A stretch of DNA of 30,061 nt. Origin: a virus (lineage: Duplodnaviria; Caudoviricetes). Under the pieces are notes generated by a model that worked only from the letters and a program-made list of their open reading frames with translations, was not told the DNA's origin and searched no databases. Shown here piece after piece: positions 1 to 10,400 of this stretch (position 1 is the first letter of the stretch; each line of letters starts with the position of its first letter). Location: positions 1 to 30,061 of IMG/VR virus record IMGVR_UViG_3300032226_000290. One strand, given 5' to 3'. Made by a program: the position numbers and the translations under genes.

Positions 1-2
1 TA

Positions 3-830
3 GTCAGCAGGGTAGGAACACTAGATGAAGATCTTAGAATGGTACGACTCTCAAGTGATATACTTCCTGTATACACTGAGCCTAGTTGGAAGTGGTTTTG
101 GCGGCAGCCCGATGTTAGAGCCTTTGCAGAAAGAGGATTTGCCCGTGTGGGTGATGTGGCTCGCAAGAATAATGTTAGGCTCAGCTTTCATCCTGGCCAG
201 TTTTGCGTGTTGGCATCTGTTAACCCGGGCATAGTAGAACGCTCAATAGAAGAGTTTGAGTATCATGTGGACATGGCTCGTTGGATGGGCTATGGTCAAA
301 CATTCCAAGACTTCAAGATCAATGTGCATATTTCCGGCAAGCTGGGTCCACAAGGTGTTCGTGATGCCCTAAGCAAAATGACTCTCGAGGCCCGCAACTG
401 TCTTACTATTGAGAACGATGAAATGACCTGGGGCATTGACTCCAGCATTGAATTGGTCAAAGACTGTGCTCTAGTATTAGACATACATCATCATTGGATA
501 CACACAGGAGAATATATTGAAGCATCTGACGACCGTGTTAAAAGGATTATTGATAGCTGGCGCGGTGTGCGTCCTGTTATACATTATAGTGTTTCACGGG
601 AAGACTGTCTTATTGACCATCCCGGACACATCCGTCCCAATCTTCCGACCCTCCTAGAGCAGGGCTACAAAAAACAAAAACTCAGAGCACATTCAGAATT
701 TTACTGGAATACAGCAGTAAATGAATGGGCTCTGAGCTTCCGTGATCACTTTGACATCATGTGCGAAAGCAAAGCTAAAAATCTATCCAGCTTTGCACTT
801 TACGAACAAAGTTTTAAGCAGCTGGCTTAG
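3..830 (+). CDS. uvsE: UV damage endonuclease (UvsE/UVDE), 5'-truncated by the window
   Basis: Motifs RLSSDILP, RLSFHPGQF, NVHISG, LTIENDE, LVLDIHHHW, HYS, RAHSEF, DIMCESKAKNL match the UVDE family. The frame is open from base 3 (VSRVGTLDEDLR precedes the ATG at 39), so the real start is probably upstream. Confidence 0.92.
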   Translation, partial: VSRVGTLDEDLRMVRLSSDILPVYTEPSWKWFWRQPDVRAFAERGFARVGDVARKNNVRLSFHPGQFCVLASVNPGIVERSIEEFEYHVDMARWMGYGQTFQDFKINVHISGKLGPQGVRDALSKMTLEARNCLTIENDEMTWGIDSSIELVKDCALVLDIHHHWIHTGEYIEASDDRVKRIIDSWRGVRPVIHYSVSREDCLIDHPGHIRPNLPTLLEQGYKKQKLRAHSEFYWNTAVNEWALSFRDHFDIMCESKAKNLSSFALYEQSFKQLA

Positions 831-1095
831 CTTTTGGCTTGCGGGTACCTGTAGACTTGGTAGGAGCTGCTTTTGGGGCAGACGCCTTCTTAGGAGCAGC
901 AGGCTTTTGGGCCGCAGGCTTCTTAGCTGGCTTTGCAGCCGGTGCTGGTTCTACAGGAGCAGGCTGTGCCTCTACTACAGGAGCAGGGGCAGCTTCAACA
1001 GCAGGCGTTTCAACTTTATATGGAACTGGTGCAGCTTCTACTGGTGTAGGTGCAGCATCTTTGGCTCCAAATAGTTTCTTAATTAATCCTAGCAT
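814..1095 (-). CDS. Ala/Pro/Lys-rich low-complexity protein with amphipathic N-terminus
   Basis: 93 aa: MLGLIKKLFG, then EAAP-rich and PAAK/KKPAA-rich tracts. AAGGAG SD and TAAATA motif upstream. Confidence 0.8.
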   Translation of the reverse strand: MLGLIKKLFGAKDAAPTPVEAAPVPYKVETPAVEAAPAPVVEAQPAPVEPAPAAKPAKKPAAQKPAAPKKASAPKAAPTKSTGTRKPKAKPAA

Positions 1096-1117
1096 ATTAA
1101 AAGTCTCCTTAGGTTTT

Positions 1118-1123
1118 TATTTA
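1118..1123 (-). promoter_or_regulatory. Late-promoter-like TAAATA motif
   Basis: TAAATA on the minus strand, overlapping the stop of the 95-aa gene, 22 nt before the ATG at 1095. Confidence 0.55.
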
Positions 1124-1408
1124 GTATTTGCCTACAGGTAATGTACTGCTTGCTGGCATGTCCCAAATTTTCTTCTTTTCAACTCCTTTTCTCTGAGCAA
1201 AGCGTTTACTATCACAGGTTGAACAACAATGAAAATAGTTGTTGTTCAACCTTTTTCTGTCTATATGTTTTAGATCTCGACGAAACAGTTCGTCACAATT
1301 GTCACAACGAAATACCGCTAGAGTCTTGCTACGGGTATAGTTGTGTTCTTCCCCTAGCTTACTGTGTCTAACGTATTGAGTTTCAACAAGTTCTGTTGTT
1401 AGGAACAT
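1121..1408 (-). CDS. Hypothetical protein, putative Zn-binding (CxxC...CCxxC)
   Basis: 95 aa with FRCDNC and HCCSTC, basic C-terminus. No SD; TAAATA lies 4 nt before the ATG. Confidence 0.75.
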   Translation of the reverse strand: MFLTTELVETQYVRHSKLGEEHNYTRSKTLAVFRCDNCDELFRRDLKHIDRKRLNNNYFHCCSTCDSKRFAQRKGVEKKKIWDMPASSTLPVGKY

Positions 1409-1412
1409 GCTT

Positions 1413-1449
1413 TATTTACATTCGGCTTATAGAATTTTCAAACTAAATA
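1413..1449. promoter_or_regulatory. Divergent pair of late-promoter-like TAAATA motifs
   Basis: TAAATA on minus (1413-1418) facing the 95-aa gene and on plus (1444-1449) facing the 3233-aa gene, inside a 73-bp intergenic gap. Confidence 0.6.
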
Positions 1450-1481
1450 GTAGAGTAAGCATTAAATCTTAGGATTCTACT

Positions 1482-4400
1482 ATGTCAAGAAAAGTAATTG
1501 ATACAGGTATTGTGGGCAATGACGGTACCGGTGATAGCATACGCGACTCGTTTCGCAAGGTAAATGAAAACTTTAGAGAACTTTACGGAGCATTAGGTCT
1601 CGGCAGTAGGTTGAAGTTTTCTACTCTAGAAGACGCTCCGGTGGGCGGCGAAGGCGAAGATTATTATCGAGGGTACGAAAATTCCGTAGTTGCGGTCAAT
1701 CCTAGTGAATCTGGATTAATTTTTAAACAGTTGACTGCGGGAACCGGCGTCAGTTTAAATTTTAGCAATGAAAATCAAATAGTAATTACTAACACTCGAT
1801 CTTCGGTAGCAAACGATCCTGCTCCTAGTTTAGGAGGCAATCTCCAAGCACAATCGGGTAGTACGCAATATCGTATACAATCGTTAACTACTCCTATTAC
1901 TGCAAATGAAGCTGCAAACAAAGGTTATACTGATACAAAAATTGCATTAGGAGGTGTTGATGCACTAGATCCAGCCGCAGGCAATGTGCCCAATAGTGCA
2001 TTTGGAACTATGACCGGTCCGTTGATTTTAGCTAGGAATCCGGAACCAGAAGACGATATTACCTTTGGCGGCTTAATTGCTGCTACAAAAAATTATGTTG
2101 ACAATGCAGGTTTTGCTTCTGTAGCTAACTTGTATGTTGCTACTTCGGGATCAGACGAGCGTGTTGGAGTTGGTTCTAACACTCAAGGTCGTGCGCTATC
2201 ATTTGCCTATAGAACTCTTGAAGCAGCATTGAAAAAAGCAGAAGAGATTATCAAATCGTCTCCACCGGAAATTGGACCCTACCGTAAAGTATTAACTTGG
2301 ACTAACCCCGACAACGGTGTTATCAGCAACTGTTCATTAACTGACATTGCAGTGTCTCCAGATAACGGCGCGGGTTTTGCAGGACGAGTTACTTTAACCA
2401 TAGACACTATTAGACTAGTAACTGGTGGTTACAACTTTAAAGTTGGTGAAATTTTAAGAATCAATAAGGTAGGAGGGGCCGCTGTTGACGCCGCCACTGT
2501 TAGAATTCTCACAGTAAACAGCGAACCTGGCACTCCAAACGGGCCTATCCTTACATTTCAATTGTTAACTGGTGGTAAATTTGACCTGGCCCTGCCAGAA
2601 ACAAATTTTGCGGACCGCGTTGTTGTTGGTGTTGCTAACGGAAGTCAATTTGGAACCAGCGCAGAATTTGCTGTTACCTACAAGGTCAGCACAGCTATTA
2701 TCAGTTCTCCCGGCGCAGGTTACAGTTTGGTATCTGTTCGTGTAACTCCTGCTATAACTGATGTTAATGCAGTTGCGGGTTTTGGTTTTGCTGATGTTGT
2801 TGGCGGATCTATTGCCGGCATCACTATAACAGACCAGGGTAGTAGATTTACAGAATTTCCAGATCTTGTGGTTACATTACCTAGATTTGAAATCTATACC
2901 GGAGGGCAACGAACTGACTTCACTGGTGATGTAACTACTGACAGTGCTGTGGCTCGTAGAGGTCGAGACATTCGAGAAGGTCTTTACTTATTAGGTGAAA
3001 CTTCCGGAGCACTGGCACAGATTCTTTCACACCAAGGCGAATTAGATACCAACGGAAACGAATTATTCGATGTTGATATCAAATATGGTACATTCGTTAA
3101 CGGGGAAGCAATTTCGTATGGTGATGTAGCCAATACACGACAGGTTGCTGTTTTTGTTGAGTCCGGCATATACTATGAAAACTTACCTCTAAAGGTTTCA
3201 CAAAACGTAGCCGTTATCGGTGATGAATTCCGTAGAACAATTATTCGCCCAAAGAAAGGCATGAGTTCTAGTCCTTGGGCGTTTCAATATTTCAAACGAG
3301 ACCGAGTCATTGATGGCCTAAATACTTCACGAAACGACCTTAATGCCGCTAGAGAAGACACCTTTGGTTATCATTATCTAGGCAATGCAGGCGAACCAAT
3401 CTATCCCGAAGCAAGTATCAATAATAAAGGTTTCTATAGATCAGCAGCTGACCTACTAGCTTTAAACAAGCAATTTATACAAGAAGAAGTTATTGCCTGG
3501 ATCAACAAACAGATTGCTGAAGAAACTGCGCCATTTGTTGATTTTGAATATAACAGCGACATATGTAAACGAGATGTCGGTCTATTGATCGACGCTATGG
3601 TATTTGACCTTAGGTACGGCAGTGCTCCTCGAACTATTTCGGCAGCACTAAAATATAAAGATGCAACTAATGCCAGCGCAACTTTGGCAGTTACTACTCA
3701 ATTAACACAGACTATTGCAGCTATCCGTAGATTGGAAACAGTGGCGCAGGCTGTTATACGAAATCTTGAAATTGTAAACTCGGAATACCTTGCTCCGATT
3801 ACAGGAACACTGATTACATATACTGAACCACAGGTTATCGACACTGCCTACACGGCAGAAACAGGTGCTGGTGGAACTCCGGTTACTGTGTCGGCAGTAA
3901 CTAGAGGAAATCAAACCACAATCACAACATCTCCTGCTCACGGGCTCGACAGCGGAGAGATTGTGACTTTCCGCAACATGACTGGACTAACTCAGCTGAA
4001 CGGAAACAGTTATTGGATCACTGTGGCTAGCCCTACACAGTTTAACATTTTTACCAACTCTGCAAGAACTGCAAACGTTGTTAGCACAACATTTGATGAA
4101 TATACAGCTAGCTCAGGCGACTGTGTGCCCAACGGTGGTGTTATTGGAAGACTAACTGATGTCATTGTTGACATTATCGATACTTCTAGCGAGTCATTTA
4201 ATACTCCTTTAGACAACGATCAAATGGATGTGTTCTTGATGAACGATGCCACTATTCTCCGAGCTGCAACAGTTCAAGGTTCAGGTGGTTTTGCTCTAGT
4301 ACTTGATCCCGAAGGACAGATTCTTGCCAAGTCACCATATGCTCAAGAAGGTGCAGTGTTTTCAAAGAGCACAGGAAGACACACATTTAGCGGCGGTATG

Positions 4401-7400
4401 TTTGTTGACGGATTTGCAGGTAACATTAAGTTTAAAATTACTAATAAGATTAGCAACACAAGACTGGAAGTTAGTCAACTAAAACGATTTCCGCAACTGC
4501 CTGCTTCATTCATTGTTCAAGATCAAGTTTATCGTATTAACTATGTTAGAGACTTTACTTACGGAACTAGTGGTAGTACAGCTATATTTGTGCTAGATGA
4601 AGTTACTCCGTGGCCTTTCGATGTGTTTAACTATGATGAAAATATCTGTAGTAGAGATGTTGATTTAATTATCACCGGCCTAGGATATGATGTTGTACTC
4701 AATACTAACTATCATAGTAGACGAGCAGGTCAAACATATAGAGATGCTAATGCCGAAGTGGTCATTCAAGACCAACTAGATTTAACTATTAGAGCCATTG
4801 ATCGAGCGCACGATCTTGCAACTGCAACATTACAAGCTATCGCAGTATCATCCGAATTTAATCCTAGTCTTGCTGTAGTAGATCAAAGCAAACTAAACTT
4901 AAGAAATATTATTAGACGAGGTAATACAGCAGCCCCAGTACTGAGCATTACAAATCCAACAGGGTTAACTTCAGTCTTTGCCAATGCCAAAACTATATTA
5001 CTTGCCAATACAGATTTCTTAAAGCAGTTAAGTTCTGGTTATATTACCACAACATATCCCGCTCTAACATCATTCTCTGTACCAGACGGTCAAAAAATAT
5101 TTGAAAGAATAATAGAAAGCGTAGTCTACGATGTAGTCTACGGTGGAGACAGCGAAACTCGTAAAGTAGCTTTTGGTTTTTTCAACGGGGTAGGTGGTCC
5201 ACCTGAACTAGCTGCTGTACTTGCTTTACAAATATTAGATGAACAGGCATTGGCCTATGAAGATGCAATTGGCACACTAAAAAATGCAGCCAAACAGGTT
5301 ATTGTGAATACCACAGTGTCTCCTTTCTATGGAGCAACTGCTGGACAAAACTTATTCCCAGGTTCCCCAAGTGACGGGACAGTTGTGGCTGTTTTAGAAA
5401 CATTGTTTTCTATTGTAACTAATGCACTACTGCAATATAGAACCAACGGCGGAGTTGGTAGCCCTACTACTGCAACTAAACTTGCAGCCGGTGTTGCAGC
5501 GGCAAATCTCGCAGCTTCTACATATCCAACTATAGTTTCCGGCGGTGCAGGCAGACGCTATGATACTACTAGAATTAGTGCTCGAACTGCACTTGAATCT
5601 GCTAAGGCAACTATTCAAACCAATGTGATACAGTTTGTTAATGACAATGCCAATGTCTACGAAGTGTTGATGCCTGGTAATAGAAGTATGTTGTCAAACG
5701 ACTTCACACAGATCAACGACATGGGCTACGGGCTAATTGCAGCCAACGGCGGATTGACAGAATGCGTGAGTATGTTTACATACTATTGCTATACTTCTTA
5801 TTATTCTGTAACAGGTGGACAAATTCGTGGTGTGGGTGGATCTTCAGCTCATGGTGTGTATGCGTTGGCTGCGGAAGGATCAGATCCATTAGAGGTGCCT
5901 ACTGCTGTTGATCTATACTATGAACTTGCACAAGGTGCTGTTGTGTATAATGACTCTGGAGCCTACGACAATGAGGTTGGTGGCTTTATTATCTATGTCA
6001 CTGATTATACCTATCCTCCAAGAGACCAAAGTGAAATTGAAATTGATCACGGCGGGGTTACTGGCCTTGTAAGGTATCCTGTTGTTAGTGCAGTAACTGA
6101 AAGTGATTTTCCTAGTGACTCCACTGGACAAAAACTATATCGACTAAACTTGAATAGTGACACTGACGGCTTTGTTGCTGTAGTGCCAAACGGTACTAGA
6201 GTCACACTAAGAACCAATAATGAAATTGTTCTTACAGGCGGTGTTGTTGGCGTTGCAGTTCGACCATCCACTGCGTTGAAACTCAACGAATTATTCGACA
6301 GTCAATTGTATCGTGTTTTAGAATTTGCAGATTACTTCCCCCCAATCAACGAAGCAGTGGTATGTACATTTATAACCGGCACAGAAACACTTGTTCAAAC
6401 TTCAGTTGCTCACGGACAACAGCCAGGGTATGCAATTAGATTTGCAACTAGTGGTAGTTTGCCAACAGGAATTTCCGCTGGAGATACTTATTATCTATTA
6501 GACGACGGATTTACTGCAACTACATTTAGATTTTCGTCTAGTAAAAATGGTCAGCCGTTAGAAACCACTAGTGCAGGTGCTGGTAGTCATTACTTTGAAG
6601 CTACAAAACTTGCAGCCACTTCACTGAAAGATGGCTATAACTATGCCGAACTTACATTGTGGCCAAGACAAGAGTTTGTGCCTGTGGCGGCACCAAGTAA
6701 TCCAGGCGGTCCAAGATTAATAGTATCTGCCTTAGAAATAATTAGCGGATATAGCTATTATATTGTGGCCTTAGGGACCACAACTTGGATGGATCTAGGT
6801 GCAGGTGCAGAGACTGTCGGCACTGTGTTTACTGCAAGTGGACCTGCAACTAATACAACAGGTACCGCAGTTGTTAACAGTGCTCGTTGTACATTTGATC
6901 ATACCACTGACAAGATTAATAAAACAACACATGGATTTAACAACGGTGATGTTATCAGATTTGAAACTAGTGGCATTATGCCAGCAGGTGTGTTTAGTTC
7001 AAGACAATATATTGTTCGAGATGCTGCTGCCAGTCCCGATGAATTTAAACTTGCTAGCTATCCTGGTGGACCTGCTATTGAGTTTAGTGATAATGGCACA
7101 GGAATTTTTGCTGTAGGCAAAGTTCTAGGTAGAGTTGGAGACTCTGTACTGTCTGTTGTAGAATTAGGACCTATTGATGCTGCTCGAATTGTTGGAAGCA
7201 AGTTAACATTTAAGGGTCGAGATTACAGCATTACACAATATAACGATGCCGATATAACTGGCGAACCATATGGAGAGATTTATCTTAATACTCCGTTAGA
7301 GGATAGTGCTATTGTCTACGACAGTCCAATTACTCTGTTTGCAGGAGTTGCGGCTAGAACTGAGGACAGCCAAGGTACACTGACAATTCGTATTTCGTTA

Positions 7401-10400
7401 ACTCGTGTTACTGGTCATGATCTATTAGAAATTGGTACTGGTAGCTATGCTGATACAAACTATCCAAACGAAATTTACGGTAGCCCGGTTCGTATTGCTA
7501 CAGAAACACTGTTAGATACCACCGGCGAAGTAGAATACAGCCAGGTCGTAGAACGAGGCGAAGGCCGCTGCTTCTTTGTGACCACTGACCAATTTGGTAA
7601 CTTCTCCGTTGGTCCGTTCTTTAGAGTTGACCAAGGTACTGGTACTGTTACATTCTCAGCCAGCTTGGCATTGAGTAACTTGAGTGGTCTAGGATTCAAG
7701 CGTGGTGTTCCAGTCAGTGAATTTTCAACAGACACAACATTTAGTGACAATGCCACCGACACTGTGCCAACTGAAAATGCAACTCGCGGTTATATAGATC
7801 GTAGACTAGGCGTAGACCACGGCGGCAATAATATTGATGTTGCAAGGATGATTCCTCCAACCACTGGTGGCTTTATGGCCCTAAGTGGTCAACTAGCTAT
7901 GAAGGGCTCGTTGAACATGGACAGCTACAGAATTAGGAATGTGGCCGATCCAGTAGATCAAACTGATGCTGTAAATCGACGTAGTATTAGCTTTGATGCT
8001 ATTATTGCCAACAGCTTCCCGGGTCAACAAGTATCTGCAGGTATGAGCATTGCGTTTACAGGTACTGGCAACGAAGGTCGTGCTGTTACCGTTGGTGGAG
8101 ATTTAAGTGTACCAGGTGATAATGCTATCACTACAGGTATCGATTCAACACAAAACGAATGGAATATTTTCATTAAAGACAACATTATTGACAATGCTAA
8201 TATCAACAGTGCTGCGGCCATTGCACAGAGTAAATTGTCAATGGTTACTGCTTCAACTAGAGCAAGTGCGGCAGGCATCACTCAAGCTGACAGAGGACTT
8301 GCAAGTTTTAACTCAGCAGAATTTACAGTAACCAACGGTTGGGCAGAATTAAAAACCAACGGTATTGAACTAGGTAAGTTCGCACAGATTGCCACTGACA
8401 CGGTGCTCGGACGAAGTGCGGCCGGAACCGGAGATGTTAGTGCTGTAGCATTTAGCACCATAATAGATGAAGGCCTTGCTATCAAGAAAAGCCAATACAG
8501 CAGTCTAGGTTTCTTGCGTAGAACTGGTGCAACTACCAGCAGTCAAGACAGCGATTATGGAATTGTTGAAGCTGTTAGTGCATATGCTGGATTTACTGAT
8601 GTAAACGCTAATAACCGATTGGTTATTAGAGACAGTAACGGTGACATCGGTGTTAGAGACTTGTATGCAACAAGAGCATTCTATGTAGGAACCAGTGCCA
8701 GTGCTAATAAGAAACTTGCTGATACTTCAGTAACTGCTACCGGCGGAAGTATTAACTTGTACGGCTTTAATGGTGTACTAGGTGTCAGTATTGGAGATGG
8801 AAGTTTAACTAGTGACAAGGTTTCTAGTTATAGAAATAACAGTCACAGATTCCGTCTAAATGATGACAGTGCATTTGCACCAATTCAAGTTAGTTCAATT
8901 ATTACTCCAGACATAACCACAGGTGGTGTAGGTACAGCAGGTACATTGACTGGTAACTGGTCAATGGCAACTACCAGTAACCTAACATTGGGCACAGGTA
9001 CTATCAACGCCAGCGCAGGTACCTTGCAGTCTATTACACTAACTACAGGTGCAGTAGGCACAGCTGGTACCATAACTGGTGCTTGGAGTTTGAATACCAC
9101 AAGTAAAATCGTCGGTCAGACTGGTAGTGAAATTGATTTTTCAACGGGTACTATTAAATCAAGAACATTTACCACAGGCTCAAATATTACCACAGGTAAT
9201 CTAACTGGTAACTGGACTTTAACTTCGGGCAGTAAAATTGATTTTACCAACGGTACATTACAGACAACCACACTGACCACAGGTGCCACAGCCACAGCTG
9301 GTACTATAACTGGTAATTGGACTGTTGCACCCGGAAGTAAACTTGATCTAGGTACTACCACTCTAGTCACTGCTGGTATTTCAACTGGTGCTCCTGGAAC
9401 CAACGGTACCTTAGAAGGCAACTGGAGCATGTTAACAACCAGCAACCTAACACTAGGTACTGGTTATATAGATGCAAGAACAGGTACACTATATACCGAT
9501 ACACTAACAACAGGTACTGCAGGAACAGCTGGTGTTATTACAGGTAACTGGAGTATGGACTCTACCAGTAACATTACTTGGGGTACTGGTTACTTAGATG
9601 TACGCACAGGTACGCTATATGCTGATACACTAACTACTGGTCTTGCTGCTACCGCTGGTTTAGTAACTGGTGCATGGACTGTTGACACTGGCAGTACATT
9701 TGTTGCTTCTTCGATTCAAAGTCAGGCAAACTCTGCAACAACTACTGCTACTAGTGCTAACACAGGCAGTACAATTGTTCTAAGAGATGCTAGTGGCAAC
9801 TTCTCAGCTGGTGCCGTAACAGTTACAGGACTTACTATTGGGTCAACTTCAATAGCCGAATACATTTCTGACACTCTCGGCGCTATGGTGACCGGCAATA
9901 CCGAATCCGGAATTACTGTTACCTACGACGACTCAGATAATACAATAGATTTTGATGTTGGTGATTTTACTATCACGCTAACTGGAGATGTAACAGGAAC
10001 AGGTACAGTTACAAACTTAGGTAATGTTTCATTCGTTACAACTATATCAGCAGATGCTACAGTACTTGGTACCGACACAACTGGTCAATATGCAGCCACT
10101 GTGGCAGTAAGCGGAACTGGATTAAGTTGCACTGCACCGAATGCCGCAGACGGCACAGCCTATACTATCACAAGCAATGCTACAAGCCTTAACACATTAA
10201 GTGCTGTTGTTGCTCGTGATGGCAGCGGTAACTTTAGTGCTGGAACAATTACTGCTACATTAAGCGGTAATGCTAGTACAGCTAGTGCTTGGGCTACTGG
10301 TAGAACTATTACCTTAACAGGCGATGTAACTGGAACTTCAGCAGCATTTGACGGCAGTGGTAATCTTAGCTTTGCTACAACCATTGCCGCTAACTCAGTA

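Noticed and set aside
25-234. 69-aa hydrophobic ORF in an alternate frame of uvsE, with AGGA upstream
   Set aside because: Fully nested in a conserved enzyme gene; hydrophobicity can arise from frame-shifted codon bias and there is no independent support.
742-1141. Plus-strand ORFs 742-1074 and 839-1141
   Set aside because: Antisense shadows of the low-complexity 93-aa gene, which has the SD and promoter motif.
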